DNA of 64,000 nt. Origin: Azolla caroliniana. Its lineage: Eukaryota; Plantae; Polypodiophyta. The translations under genes and the position numbers were made by a program. Location of the stretch: positions 7,006,001 through 7,070,000 of the forward strand of contig JBHGNT010000003.1 in NCBI GenBank assembly GCA_043228905.1, in the 5' to 3' direction. Shown piece after piece: positions 24,792 to 37,383 of the stretch (within the stretch, counting starts at the first letter, position 1; each line of letters starts with the position of its first letter). The notes beneath the pieces are model-generated. The model was not told the DNA's origin, searched no databases, and saw only the letters and a program-made list of their open reading frames with translations.

Positions 24792-25991
24792 CCTCTTAGG
24801 AAAAAATTTGAAGATTCATGTTTGGGTTGTCAAAAAAAGCCTCGATAACCCTTGGATTATGTAATTGGCGATTATGTCATTACCCTAGTTGAGAATTTTA
24901 TATAAGAGTTGAAATGACATTCAAACCACAAATGATGAGTTTTAAATGCGATCTAAGAGTTTTAAATTATGATAATTTTATATTTACAATTGCTGTAAAT
25001 GATGTTTTGTGTATGCAGAGGTAATATTGTTGTTGTCTTGGATAAGATCCATCCGACATTATATGTATACAGTTTTTAACAACGTTGTAACTGGCAAATG
25101 AGACAAGAGTGATGGCTTTTCTGTTGTGTCTGTCTTCTTCCTTCTTGTGCCATCCCCTTCCCCAAAAGTAACCTCTTTATGTTTTTGGTGCTATGTTGTT
25201 AGCCTTCTATCAACTCGGGGGATTGAGATCATAGATGAGTACCCCCAAATAGGTTGTAAATTGAATCCATAGATTATGCTACTCTTACATACTCTACATT
25301 ATGGCCCACAAAAAAAATAAGAAAGGCAAAGGAAAGCACTATTTTTGTTTGTGATTTATTTGATTTGGTATTGTGCTAAAAAAACTTTATTTGATTTGGT
25401 ATGCGCTAAAAAAAAATTCAACGTGTTCCGATTGACATAATCGCTGGTAGGAAAGTGGCCGGTTAAAATTTTAAATTTCCGGTTAGGTTCATAAGAAGCA
25501 GGAAAATTTCCGGTAGTGGCTAGAGACTTTGCCCAACACCGGTGGAGACTAGACACTTGAAGCATCCATACATAAAAAAAAACATGATGGCCCACAATCT
25601 TCTACAAATTCCCTACTAGAACTAATCCATTGCACTTAATGATCTTTCACTTTAACAACAAACATAAAATATAGTTTAATATTATACCTGAAATCGTAAT
25701 ACTTCGTGACCAAAAAAAATTATCCCTAGGGATATTTTCTAATATTCATTATAATTAAAATGCCAATCCCAACAAGCCAATTGAGATGGACTCCCTAGAT
25801 TTTCACATCCATGTGTATGTAAATAGCTAATACTTTATTCACAATTAACAAGACAAATTAACCATATACTTTTTCCAATGAAGATTTTCGCCACCCCCAA
25901 AATGGAGATTTTCACCATATGCAATCATATATGTGTGTGAATATGTAAAGGGCTAATACTTCATTCACGATTACTTCTTCCAAAAACATAG

Positions 25992-28900
25992 TGTTGAGAA
26001 TCGAACTCAACTTCCCATAGAGATAGTGTTCACACTAGACAATGGACATCATTCTAGGTTAGTTTTGTAATTAGTAGAAAGGGCACTTCCCCTAGACTAG
26101 TTGGTATTTAAACCAACTCATTGTAACTTAGTTATTGTTGGATGTAATCATATTTTTCCTTGAATACAGCTTCTCACTCACTCTCTCCGTCTCTCTTGTC
26201 TTACGTGCACACACACACACACAGAGCTCCCTTCCATTGCACAACACCACCTACATCTTTCCTTCTTCACATGGTATCAGAGCGTGTGGTTGTCTGATCG
26301 AGATTATTCAACTATGTTATCTCACACACCAACGATCAACAAAACCGGTTCAAGCAACAGAGAAGAAATCGACATAATGAACACTCAAATGGGAAGTGCA
26401 CTTCCTACAGAGAAGCTCGATAGGACAAACTTCACATCTTGGGAGTACAAGATGTATCAATACCTTGTCGATCAAGGATATTGGAGCTATATCGAGGGAG
26501 CTCACGAAACACAACCCAACCCAACACACGCAAACTATCTAGCCTGGGAGCATGCCGCAAACCGTGTGTTGTATTGCCTTGCATCATGCATTCATGATCA
26601 CATGCTTGGCTATATTCGAGAGGCAAAGACGCCAAAAGAAGCTCGGGGCAATCTCAAGAAGATTGTCGCTGCCAACATGGCTACACGAAAGCCCCAACTC
26701 CGACAAGAGTTGAATAATATACAACAAAGGGACAAATTATGCCACGAATTCCGATTATGACGAGAAGGGAGAAATGTTCGTAATGAGCCACAAAGCTCAT
26801 TCAATGTTGGCACAAGACCCGACAAGCAACTCATCCTCAAAAGATGTATGGTTTCTAGACTCGGGAGCATCCAATCACATTACATCTCATGAAGATTGGT
26901 TCCGAGAGTTGAGAAAGCCCAATCGACCCGGCTATGTCAAAACCGAAGACGACACAACTGACTCGATTCGGCATATCGGAAATGTCCCATTCAGGAACGA
27001 ACAAACAAACCTACCTAAAGAACGTATTGCATGTCCCAACCATCACGAAAAACCTGGTCACGATAGGCCAAATTTTCGAACAAGGCATGCAAGTACGATT
27101 CAATAATGAAGGGTGCTTTATTGAGAATGAAGGTCGATTAGTCGCTCATGGTCGAAGAGAAGGCCGAATGTTCATCCTTGGATCAAACGAGTTGAAGTCA
27201 GGTATGTTCGCGAAAGGCCTCAAAGTCGAAACCGACTTGAAGTTGTGGCACAAGCGAATTGGTCACATCAATCGCCAAAAGCTTAAAGGAATGCAATCTA
27301 AAGGATTCGTAATCGAACTCCTAACATTTACCGAAAAGGAGATAGTTGGCGTATGTGAAGCCTGCCAATTCGGCAAATAACACCGCCAACCATTCCCGAA
27401 AGAGAGGAATGTGAGCAAAGGGATCTTGGATGTAGTACATTCAGATCTTTGGGGACCAACCTAAAGGAAAACATTCGGTGGTTGCCGATATTATGTCATG
27501 TTCATCGACGACTTCTCAAGGCATACCTAGATCTATCCTATGCGGCAGAAGAGTGAAGTGTTCGGACGCTTCCAAAGGTTTAAAAACGAAGTCGAAAAAG
27601 CCACAAGTCAGCATGTTTGATGCCTTCGATCAGATGGAGGCAAGGAGTATTTCTCGGATGATTTTATAGCATATGTCCGAAAGGAAGGAATTCGACGAGA
27701 ATTCTCCTACCGACGTTCACCTCAGCAAAATGGAGTAGCCAAACAAAAGAATCGGCACATAGTAGAGGTGGCAAGGGCCATGATGAACGAGAAAACCTTG
27801 TTGAAATCATACTGGGTAGAAGCGGCTAATACAGCCGTCTATCTCATGAACAGATGTACAACCTTTGGGGTACATAATGTAACCCCTCATGAGAAGTTTT
27901 TTGGAAAGACGTTGGATCTATCACATATCCAGCTATTCGGCTCGATCGCCTACGTACACCTGACAAGAAGCGACAAAAGCTCAACCCGAAGTCAGAGAAA
28001 TGTATCCTCGTAGGGTACTCACTTGCACAAAAGGGGTAGTTATAAGTCATCCACCCGAAAAACTCGAGTAAGTCGAGACGTCATTTTCGACTAGTCAGCA
28101 TCCTGGTACGAACCAGAGATGACTCTAATTCCGTCCACAATCGACCCGGATTCGGTCAACCAAGAGATAGAAGACGAAGATCAAATAAGGCAGATGCTCA
28201 AAAAAAGTCTGATTACGATAAGGCTGAGTGGACCACAAGAGCCCCAGAGTGACCAAAGCACATCTCGGTCAAGCTCGAAACTAGACAAAGGGAAGGCCAA
28301 AATGGCCAAATACGAAGATCCGATCGACAATGAGTCGACTCATTCCCTTGATAGTGAGTTTGAAGGACCTGATCTGCCAATCATCCAGACAAATAGAGCT
28401 AAGAAGGCCATAGCCTCTACAAACGAGAAGCTCTATCGCTCCACCTGAGAGAAGAACCCGGTTAGCTGATTCGGCTAGGATGAGTATATGGCATATCACT
28501 ATGCCTTTATGATGAAGGTGGCGACTATCCGAAAACCAGAAACATTTTCCAAGGCAACCAAGGATCCACGATGGATCAAAGCCATGAACGAAGAAATGCA
28601 GGCTCTATGCAAAAATGAGACATGGGATCTCGTCCCCTGTTCACCACACAAGAAAGCGATCGGTTGCATGTGGATATATAAGGTAAAATTCAATGTTGAC
28701 GGTTTGGTAAATCGCTACAAAGCACGACTAGTAACCAAGGGATATGCTCAAACACACGGCGTCAATTATGAGGAGACCTTTGCCCCAGTGGCAAAGATGA
28801 CGATTGTTCGGACAGTCATTGCACTCGCAACTGCAAAAGGGTGGCACCTCCACCAAATCGATGTAAAGAATGTCTTCCTACAAGGCGAATTAGAAGAGGA

Positions 28901-30545
28901 GGTCTTCATGATTCAATTACCTGATTTCAAATCGAGCGAACACCCGACAGCCGTTTGTCGCCTCAAGAAGCCGTCATATGGACTCAAGTGAGCATCGCGT
29001 GCTTGGCATTTGAAGATCACCTAGTATCTTCACCAAATCAGTTTCCGAATGTCGCAATCGGACAACTCCCTGTACATCAAAAACGAGTTGAACAACCCGA
29101 TTGTCATCATCTTGTATGTGGATGATCTAGTCATCAGAGGAAACAATATAGCCGATATTAATAACTTGTCAAATCACTCCTATCCGGCAGATTCGAAATG
29201 AAAGATATGCACGAGCTCCATTACTTCCTCGGTATCGAAGTAATTCGGACACCGGTTGGGATACTAATCTCTCAACGGCACTATATTCTCAGCTGGCTCT
29301 ACAAGTTCATGATGACTGAATGCAAACCTGTGTCTACCCCTCTCGATCGAAACCTCAAACTCGATGTCGATTCGGGGACACAAGATTGCGAGCCAACTCC
29401 GTATCGTCAATTAATCGATAGCTTAATCTACCTTACCATCACACGACCCGATCTCAGCTATTCAGTCGATCTCCTTAGCCAATTCGTGCAGAACCCTCGA
29501 AATGTTCATTTCGATTGTGCTAAGAGAGTACCTAGGTACGTCTGTGGGACGATGGATTTCGGCATGATGTATCTGTCGGACAAGATTATTCGGCTCGAAG
29601 GGTACACAGATGCAAACTGTGCCGGCTATAAGGCCGATCGACAATCGACATCAAGATTCGTCTTCTTCCTCGGTAGCGGAGCCATCTCCTGGAGTAGCAA
29701 AAAGCAACCAATAGTCACATTGTCGAGCACAAAAACCGAATACATGGGCGCGGTAGTCGCCGCATGTGAGGTCGTGTGGCTGAAATGCATATTGAAGGAT
29801 CTGGGCGTTCCTATCAAGGATCTGATTCTCTTATACTATGACAGCATGAGCAATATCTACCTGGCTCGGAACCCGGTGTTCCACGTGCGGACTAAGCACA
29901 TTGAAGTACATTATCACTTCATTCGAGAACACGTTCAGGCCGGAGATGTCGACCTATAGCACATCAGGACAAACCTTCAGGTTGTCGACAGCTTCACAAA
30001 AGCCTTGGGAACCGACAGGCTCAGACAATTAACATCGAACCTTGGTCTCACGATATCTGCATTGCCAATCTTGAGGGGGAGTGACAAATAATAGCCTACC
30101 AGAGGAGTCGAAGTACGATGATAATCGAGCCGAACAAGGAGCACAAAGCACCGAACAGTCAAAGTAGTGTCGACTAACCTTCCGAAAGCCGATTCAGCTG
30201 AATCGAAAATTTTCGAGGATTGAACCAAACCAACTTTTCAACATCCAGAAGTTGTGTTCAAAGGGGTATGTTGAGAGTTGACGCAACTTCCCATAGAGAT
30301 AGTGTTCACACTAGCTAGTGGACATCATACTAGGCTAGTTTTGTAATTAGTAGAAAGGGCACTTCCCCTAGACTAGTTGGTATTTAAACCTACTCTTTGT
30401 AACTTAGTTACTATTGGATGTAATCATATTTTTCCTTCAATACAGCTTCTCATTCACTATGTCTGTCTGTCTTGCCTTACATGCACTCACACACACAGAG
30501 CTCAATTCCGTTGCACAACACCACCTACATTTTTCCTTCTTCACA
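25992..30545 (+). mobile_element. Complete but old, degenerate Copia element G
   Basis: LTRs at 25992-26271 and 30269-30545 are visibly diverged. TSD CATAG at 25987-25991 and 30546-30550. PBS TGGTATCAGAGC at 26272-26283. gag, WFLDSGAS protease, INT, RT and RH pieces carry many stops and frameshifts. Confidence 0.93.
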
Positions 30546-30959
30546 CATAGCTTTAATGTAAGAGTTCTTCCTACAATGTCCATGTCTTCTCTATATCCAA
30601 TTTCATGTGTCTGTTCTAGATCACTTTATTCTTCTCTTTTCTAATTATATGAAGATATGGGTAATTAAGTATATTAAATGGTGTTAATGCATCTATGCTC
30701 ATCCTATGTGACTTTAACCATTCTTTCATTTGAGCATACAGCATTAAATGCTTCTTTTTTCAACTGTTTTGATTTAAATTATTAGAATCCTAATTCATTT
30801 TGCTAGTGGAAATTATATTATTCAAACATAGAGAAACTGAGAGAAAAACAAAGAGAATTACATAGAAAGAAAATTAGGCAAAATACATACCTTGGAGTTG
30901 TGAGCAGGAGATGTCGCACAATCGATGAGCAATGCAAGCAAGCAGAAGCAAATCAGATG

Positions 30960-31243
30960 ATAGACACGTCACACACACAAAGAGGGAAAAAAAGGGGAAA
31001 GAGAAACATAAAAATGTGTGGAAAGGGGTGGAAAGAGTGGGAAAGATAAACATAAAAACGGTTTTCTTTTACCTTTTTTTTCAAAACTACATAAATAGCC
31101 AGTTCAAAAAACATGAACCGGCTAGATTCTAGTTGGTAGGAAAACCTGCCCAAAATCAATTTTGGTTGTCCCCCACATTGGTCGGCAAAAGTCCCAATGT
31201 AACTAGAATGTTGACACTATTTCTAAAACTTTGCCCAACACTA
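30960..31243 (-). mobile_element. Orphan 'left' end of the same hAT-like family
   Basis: ACTTTGCCCAACACTA TIR plus a subterminal region inversely homologous to 21549-21800. No matching right end or TSD found. Confidence 0.7.
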
Positions 31244-31443
31244 CCATCAGCCCTTGTATGTGTACCTTACACTCATCACACTCTAACAAATTTAGCAAAA
31301 TAAAAGAGGAAAGAAGATACATAAATGACCTTTTACAATAAATCTAGAATATATGCTAAAGAAGTTGAGAGCCATTTGTCATGTTAAAGAAAATTGGGAA
31401 CATTTGAAAGATATCATCCTTGAGTATTTAAAGTATATCATTT

Positions 31444-34197
31444 ATATGTTTTTTTTTTTTTTTCCAAAGTAAAGCTACTTTCCCATTAGTTAGGAAGGAT
31501 TATTACATAGAGTCTATAAGGAGACTTATACACACATCGGGGAGACTTCCTCCGATCAAGCCAAAGAAGATGAGCCACTTACATTGCCTTGCGGCCTAAC
31601 TTAATGTAAGAAGCTACCTGTATCCAAGGCGATGCCCTTCAATGTTGCCTAGTACGAGTCGGCTCTTGGGGCCTACACCGAAGAGAGGGTGGCAGGTGAG
31701 TAGGAAACAACCAACGTGGGGGCTGGTAGTTCCACCTCGGGCCACTCCCGCCTTGCATCACCATAGGTGTGTTCCGCCATTTCTACCAAAAGCGCAAACG
31801 GGCAGTGGTCACGTCGTTGGAGTGGCTGCAAACCTCTTCCAGTTGCCCTCGTAGGCAGCTGATAAGCGCGAACCATATGTCCATGATCATTTCCTCCGGG
31901 GGCCGTACCGTACCTTGGAAGACCTTGAGGCAACGCGCTTTCCATATATACCACAAGGTGAAACCTGCGATCAACATCCGGATTTCCGGAAACCTAGGGG
32001 ATGCGGGTTGCAAGCCTCTTTCAAAACGGATCTTGACGATTTTGCCTCTCGTGCATACATAGCACCAACTATCCGCATTGACGGCGTCCGTCCACCCTTC
32101 GACCGAGTGATCAATCCATGCCGCAGCGCTCCACGAGGCTGTTCCTTCAACTTCACATGCCACAAGGAGGCGAGTCACTCTATCCCATACCTTTTGAGCT
32201 TGAGGGCAATCCCACAAACAATGTCTCAGAGACTCAATAGGTAGAGAGCACAGTGGGCAGCCTAACGGGCCGCCACGTTTATCTAACCATTCGCCAACGG
32301 GCACCACATTATGACCGATCTGCCACCAAAAGAGCTTAATCTTTTCAGGCATGTGGAGACGCCAAAGACCCTTCCAGAAGGCAGTGAGCGCCTCATCGGG
32401 GATGCCCAATGTTCGCCAGCCGTTGCGAAGGGGGCCGCCTGGCTGCAGCTGCAAAGTCCGACCCAATTTAGTGGTGTAATCGAAGAAATGGTGGAGTCTA
32501 TCGTCATGTTTCCATCTGAAATCCCCGGGGTCCCAATCCAGATCGACAAGGGGGCAACAACCGTATACCCTTAGCCTCCAATGGGGTTCCACCTTAGCAA
32601 CATCCGGGTCTGTCTTCCAGATGTTATCAATCTGTGCCACCACTCGGATTGGGTGCCAAGAGCCGCTGCTCTGGCTGTCCCCAAAAACTGTATCACTCCC
32701 CGATCCGCTCATGCCCTTTAGCGACTTGACCATTCTAGCCTCGTCAAAGAGACCGAACCATGCATGTTCTCTCGCCTCCCCCATCGGAACCCTGTCAACT
32801 GCCTCAGCTATCAGTCTCCGCATTTTCGTAGCTCCCTTGAGGGGAGGGAAAAGGTCCTCTTGGGCTCTTCCTGAATCAGCCATGCGTCTCCAATCGTCTA
32901 TAGATAGGAGGCATGTTTGTGCCAACTTTCCCCATGCTAGGCCCTTAAGTTGCCCTAGCATCGCGTTGTCATTCGTTCGCACATGAGGATTCCAGAATAG
33001 TGGTTGTCTAGTCCATTCGGTCAATGTCTCCGGGGTGTGCTTGACCAAATGTTGTCGTATATGGCACCATGCCCGCAAGATGGAGTTCGTGACCCTGTCC
33101 TCCGAATGGCAAGCCAGCCTGGGTGGGACTCCGCTCGTGCAGCACCAATTCAAGGAGTCGGGCCAAGGCCTACCATACTTGGGAGTCCCTACTTGCAGCC
33201 TGTTGCGAAGAAGTACCTTCCAGCACCCCTTACCTGGCAGGAGGCAGCGAACCACCATTTTAGCCAGCAATGCACAACTCTGCATTAAGGGGTCTATGAG
33301 GCCAAGCCCCCCTTTGGCCCGTGGTTGCGTTAACCAACACCATGAGACTCTGGCGGCAGCCCTTGGGTTGTCCTTACCTGACCATATAAACCCCCTAATG
33401 GCAGCCTTAATCGCGTGCAAACCTGCAGGGTCCATAATCCAGCATGAGACTGAGTGCCACATGGTAGCGAGCAGCACTTGGTTCGCCACAAGGACTCTAC
33501 CAGCGAAGGACAATTTAGATCTACTCCACTGGTTCAGCTTCTTACTTATTTTGGCTTGTACGTGGGCCAATTGCGCTCCCTTGGGGATTGACCTCCCCAT
33601 CGTAAATCCAAGGTACTTGAAAGTCGTCCCACTAGGGACCCACGTAAAATCGGCATGGGGTTGCCATCTTGGTGTCTCCTGTTCGCTGAACCATAGACCT
33701 TGGGTTTTATTCCAATTGATCTTGGCACCAGCCGCCTGACAAAAGTCCTCGACAAGATGTTCAGCCCGCTGTAAATTCTCCTCATCACCTTGCAAGAAAA
33801 GAACCGTATCGTCGGCATATTCAGATAACAACAAATCTTCAGTCGCATTGGGGATGGGCAATCCCCGCAGCCCGCTAGTTGGTGCTTGTAAGTAGGCGGA
33901 GAAAGCCTCGGTTACAAAGAGATAGAGATATGGGGCTAGGGGACAACCTTGCCTCACTGAGCGTTGTAGTTGGAAGGCGGGTCCCCTAGATCCAGCCATC
34001 AGCACGCTACTTGTAGTTGTCCGATAGAGTGCAGAAGTACAATTCCTCCATTTTTGAGGTAGGCCCAAAGCTCTCATCACATTTTCCAAAAAGGGCCATA
34101 ACACCCTATCGTAGGCCTTCTCGAAGTCTAGCATCAGAATAGCCAAGCTTGATACGGAGCGACCGGCCAATGCCATAGCTTCCCAAAGAAATATGTT
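31444..34197 (-). mobile_element. 5'-truncated L1/Tx1-like LINE with poly(A) tail
   Basis: Poly-T at ~31449-31463 on plus. GC-rich body in an AT-rich context. Possible TSD ATATGTT at 31444-31450 and 34191-34197. Confidence 0.88.
31783..34176 (-). CDS. LINE ORF2 fragment: RT + zf-RVT (797 aa, uninterrupted, lacks endonuclease)
   Basis: Motifs LDFEKAYDRV, VRQGCPLAPYL, EYADD, FKYLG, and CPLC...ESLRHCLWDC. Confidence 0.9.
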   Translation of the reverse strand: MALAGRSVSSLAILMLDFEKAYDRVLWPFLENVMRALGLPQKWRNCTSALYRTTTSSVLMAGSRGPAFQLQRSVRQGCPLAPYLYLFVTEAFSAYLQAPTSGLRGLPIPNATEDLLLSEYADDTVLFLQGDEENLQRAEHLVEDFCQAAGAKINWNKTQGLWFSEQETPRWQPHADFTWVPSGTTFKYLGFTMGRSIPKGAQLAHVQAKISKKLNQWSRSKLSFAGRVLVANQVLLATMWHSVSCWIMDPAGLHAIKAAIRGFIWSGKDNPRAAARVSWCWLTQPRAKGGLGLIDPLMQSCALLAKMVVRCLLPGKGCWKVLLRNRLQVGTPKYGRPWPDSLNWCCTSGVPPRLACHSEDRVTNSILRAWCHIRQHLVKHTPETLTEWTRQPLFWNPHVRTNDNAMLGQLKGLAWGKLAQTCLLSIDDWRRMADSGRAQEDLFPPLKGATKMRRLIAEAVDRVPMGEAREHAWFGLFDEARMVKSLKGMSGSGSDTVFGDSQSSGSWHPIRVVAQIDNIWKTDPDVAKVEPHWRLRVYGCCPLVDLDWDPGDFRWKHDDRLHHFFDYTTKLGRTLQLQPGGPLRNGWRTLGIPDEALTAFWKGLWRLHMPEKIKLFWWQIGHNVVPVGEWLDKRGGPLGCPLCSLPIESLRHCLWDCPQAQKVWDRVTRLLVACEVEGTASWSAAAWIDHSVEGWTDAVNADSWCYVCTRGKIVKIRFERGLQPASPRFPEIRMLIAGFTLWYIWKARCLKVFQGTVRPPEEMIMDIWFALISCLRGQLEEVCSHSNDVTTARLRFW

Positions 34198-34233
34198 ATT
34201 TTCAAAGATTTAGTAAATCTTATTGGTATGAAT

Positions 34234-36372
34234 TAATGTTGGGCAAAGTCCCGGGAAGAGTGTCAACGTTCTGGTTGGGTTGAGACATTTGCCGGCCAAG
34301 GTAGTGGGGAGCCAGAACTAATTCCGGCTAGAATTTCCCAAAAACCGGTTCATATTTTTGTAACCGGCTATTTATGCATTTTTTTTAAATAATAATGTTT
34401 TTAAAAAAATGATTTTCTCTCTTTCCCCCTCTTTCAATGTATTTTTTTCCTGTTTCCCCCCCTTTGGTCCCACTCTCGAATCCCTCTTTTCCCCCTCTTT
34501 CTCCTATTTTACCTCTCTTTTCCTGTGTGTCTGTAATATGTATTATCTCTTCCCCATTTCCTGTGCCTTTCACTCGAAATGGATGTAACTTTTGATATCA
34601 TGCCCTTTGATGACATTAATATTTCGTTCACTTTTATTTCTATCTATCTCACACAATGTCAATAACCTGAAACCACCCATGATTGTGATCATAATATATA
34701 TGCACATATTTGGTATGATGTTGAAGGTATAAAAACCTTGGGAGATGGCAATAATGCTTATGTATTTGTAAAATAAAAATTTGAGGATAAAATTTATCTA
34801 ATAATACACATGTTGAAATGCTTTCTTATTAGCCTAGAGTTTCTGAACAATAAGATCTCACTAAGTTCGCTAAGTTGTTGAACAAATAGAGGTTGAGTTT
34901 ATAGATTTCGCTAAGTTCATACTCTGGATTAGAGTTGAGGTGTTGTATGAGGTCTTCCACAGCTAATATCCTATGTATTTCCATGAATTTCTTCACACAT
35001 AATGCCTTAAAATTATTAAAGGATGGCTCAAGATTTTGATTTAATGGACCGATGGTCACTAATTTAGGTTTATATGCCTCTGGCTTCACTTCAACAATGC
35101 TCGGGGAGGCTTCAAAATCTTCCAACTTTCGTTGAACACGGGTGCATCATCAACATTCAAATTGATCTTCTTCTTCATGTAGTCTCTCCATTCATCTTTG
35201 GTGAAGTGGTTTCGTGAGGAAACGAAAAGGAATGTTCGACCCAATAATACGACAACACGGCCAAGAAGAAGAAGAAGAAGATAATGATGATGATGATGAT
35301 GAAGAAGGAGATGTCAGAAATTATTACAATTCCAAATGATAAACCGGATCATCCATCCCCCGACTTCACCAAAGAAGAAGAAGAAGAAGAAGAAGAAGAG
35401 ATGGGTACGAATACTAGATTCATCTTTAGTGAACCTGATCATCTTTTCCGTTGGATTCTTCTCGTAGTCTGGAAGCCACTCCATCCCAATGCCTTGTCTT
35501 ATGAAGGAGAGAGAGAGAGAGAGAGAGAGAGAGGAATTGCCTACATGATCAGCAATATGTGTGGAGCTAAGAATCATGCCATTTCCCATATTACGCAATT
35601 CGATTCTAATTAATTGACTCTTGTATGCTTCTTGATTTTTCGTGGACCCAAGTTATTAGTGTGTCCCTTTTTGTGAACCGAACAATGGCTGATCACAACA
35701 CCGATTACAATTATGTGATTGGTTCTACAAAATACATAACTGTGATCACAATTATGCCCAACATATACCTGGAGATCTGATCAGAATTGGGTCTCAAACC
35801 AACATTAATCGTTTGAGAAGAAAAGAGCATGAATTGACTCACAAGTCTTTGATTCATATTCCATCTTCCCAGATTATGGTTATGTGGCACATAGATTTTA
35901 TGTTTAAACAACCACTAATAATGTAATCTCAAATCATGATTATGTGCCATTTTATAGATTTTTCTACTACTAATCATTCATAGGTTAGTGATATAGATTA
36001 CTTGTAGTGCAATGTTAATTCTTGAGCTACTTTCAATTTTCTATAATTTTCACATAGGGTGAGGTCACTTATTTTTAATGTTCAATATTATTTTTCTTTG
36101 TTAACTAACTCATGAGCGAACTCCCAAGTACCATTTCTAGAGGACCTACTCCACAAACTCCAAACCAAATACTCCATAGAATGTACTCTATCTATGTTGC
36201 TACCTCATCTTGTGCTAAATTGTTTTTTGGTATGTGGTAAAAAAAAATTTAACATGTTCCGGTTGACATTATCACTCATAGGAAAGTTGTCGGGTAAAAT
36301 TTTTAAAATCTAGTTAGGATCATAAGCAGCAGGAAAATTTCCAATAGGGGTTAAAAACTTTGCCCAACACTG
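34234..36372 (+). mobile_element. hAT-like 'Pack' element 2
   Basis: TIRs TAATGTTGGGCAAAGTC and ACTTTGCCCAACACTG. ~150-bp left and right subterminal regions are homologous to element 1 but the interior differs. Flanks GGTATGAAT/TGTATGAT look like a degenerate TSD. Confidence 0.8.
34829..35220 (-). pseudogene. Captured DUF247 (UPF0481-like) N-terminal fragment
   Basis: PSIVEVKPEAYKPKLVTIGPL resembles the DUF247 N-terminal motif (P..L..V..EAY.P.LVSIGP); truncated and frameshifted. Confidence 0.65.
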
Positions 36373-36479
36373 TGTATGATCAAAGTCTTTGATATGACAA
36401 GTCTATAAATCAAATCCTAGAAGAACTTACAGTATATTTTATGTTAACTTTCAAATATGTGCTTGTACGTTTTATTCAA

Positions 36480-36830
36480 CATTCCCCCTAAAGCACACGG
36501 TTATGTGATGGAGTCCTAGCTTTTTTCAAAATTTGAAGAGTCTATCTTTTGGAAGTGCTTTTGAGAGAACATCCGCAGTTTGTTCTTAAGTTTGGACCTC
36601 TTATGTTTGGTCCTAGCATGAAAATATGGAGTTTTTGTCAATATAATGGAAGTTATATTATCACAAAATAGGAATTGACCCTTGTATAGTAAATCCAAGA
36701 TCTTTGAGCAACATCTCCATCCATACACCCTCAAAAGTAGCTTGTGTGGCAACCCTATATGTACTCGGTTTCAGTGGTGTTTAAGCAACTAGTGATTCTT
36801 TCTACGACATCTATTACACCATTGCACTAT
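36480..36830 (-). mobile_element. Highly degenerate Copia RNase H remnant
   Basis: FCDNITSIILTKTPYFHARTKH-like motif, with a purine tract (TAGGGGGAA on minus) at ~36482. Confidence 0.55.
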
Positions 36831-37383
36831 CGAACGAATATATCATTCAACTTTTACTCTTAAATTTTGTTTTTTGTCAAATTTGCCCAAATTCATGTAT
36901 CTCCCTTCGCACCCAGTTCTCGGATCTTCGAGCTGAAAGATCCATTGCAGCCCTTGTTCTATCACGAATAACATTAGATAGTAAGATTGTCAAAATTAAT
37001 TTGATATGCATATTAAAATGGCATAATACATCAAAAGTTCACTAAATTAATATAGATACAAACGAGATGAAACTCAACTCCATTACGTGAAGTGGCTTAT
37101 ATGGTAGGTAAGTAAGATAAGAGAGTAGATGAGATCCTCGAGTTTCAATGCAACGTCCCAATAGAAGACGGCTTCTTTCTCTTCTCGTTATTTATCTTAC
37201 ACACTCTCCTTACACACGCTATTGAGTAGAACTTCAATAGGGTTTCCACCTAGTATCAAATTCCTAGCCTTGACAATGAGGTCACTTGATCCTTTTTTAG
37301 ACTTTTGAAGCTCCTCATACCAATAAAAAGAGTAGATCCTTCTTTTAACATGCACATATACGTATCTTTACAATGTTGTCCCT

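Larger units (their letters stand above)
21549..25541 (+). mobile_element. Non-autonomous hAT-like 'Pack' element 1 carrying host gene fragments
   Basis: TIRs CAATGTTGGGGTAAAGTC and GACTTTGCCCAACACCG. Perfect 8-bp TSD GTGGAGAC at 21541-21548 and 25542-25549. Ends are shared with the copies at 34234-36372 and 31243. No transposase. Confidence 0.88.

Noticed and set aside
21549-31243. A single 9.7-kb macro-transposon between facing TIRs
   Set aside because: Both are left-type ends and their flanks (GTGGAGAC vs CCATCAGC) do not match; 21549 pairs with 25541.
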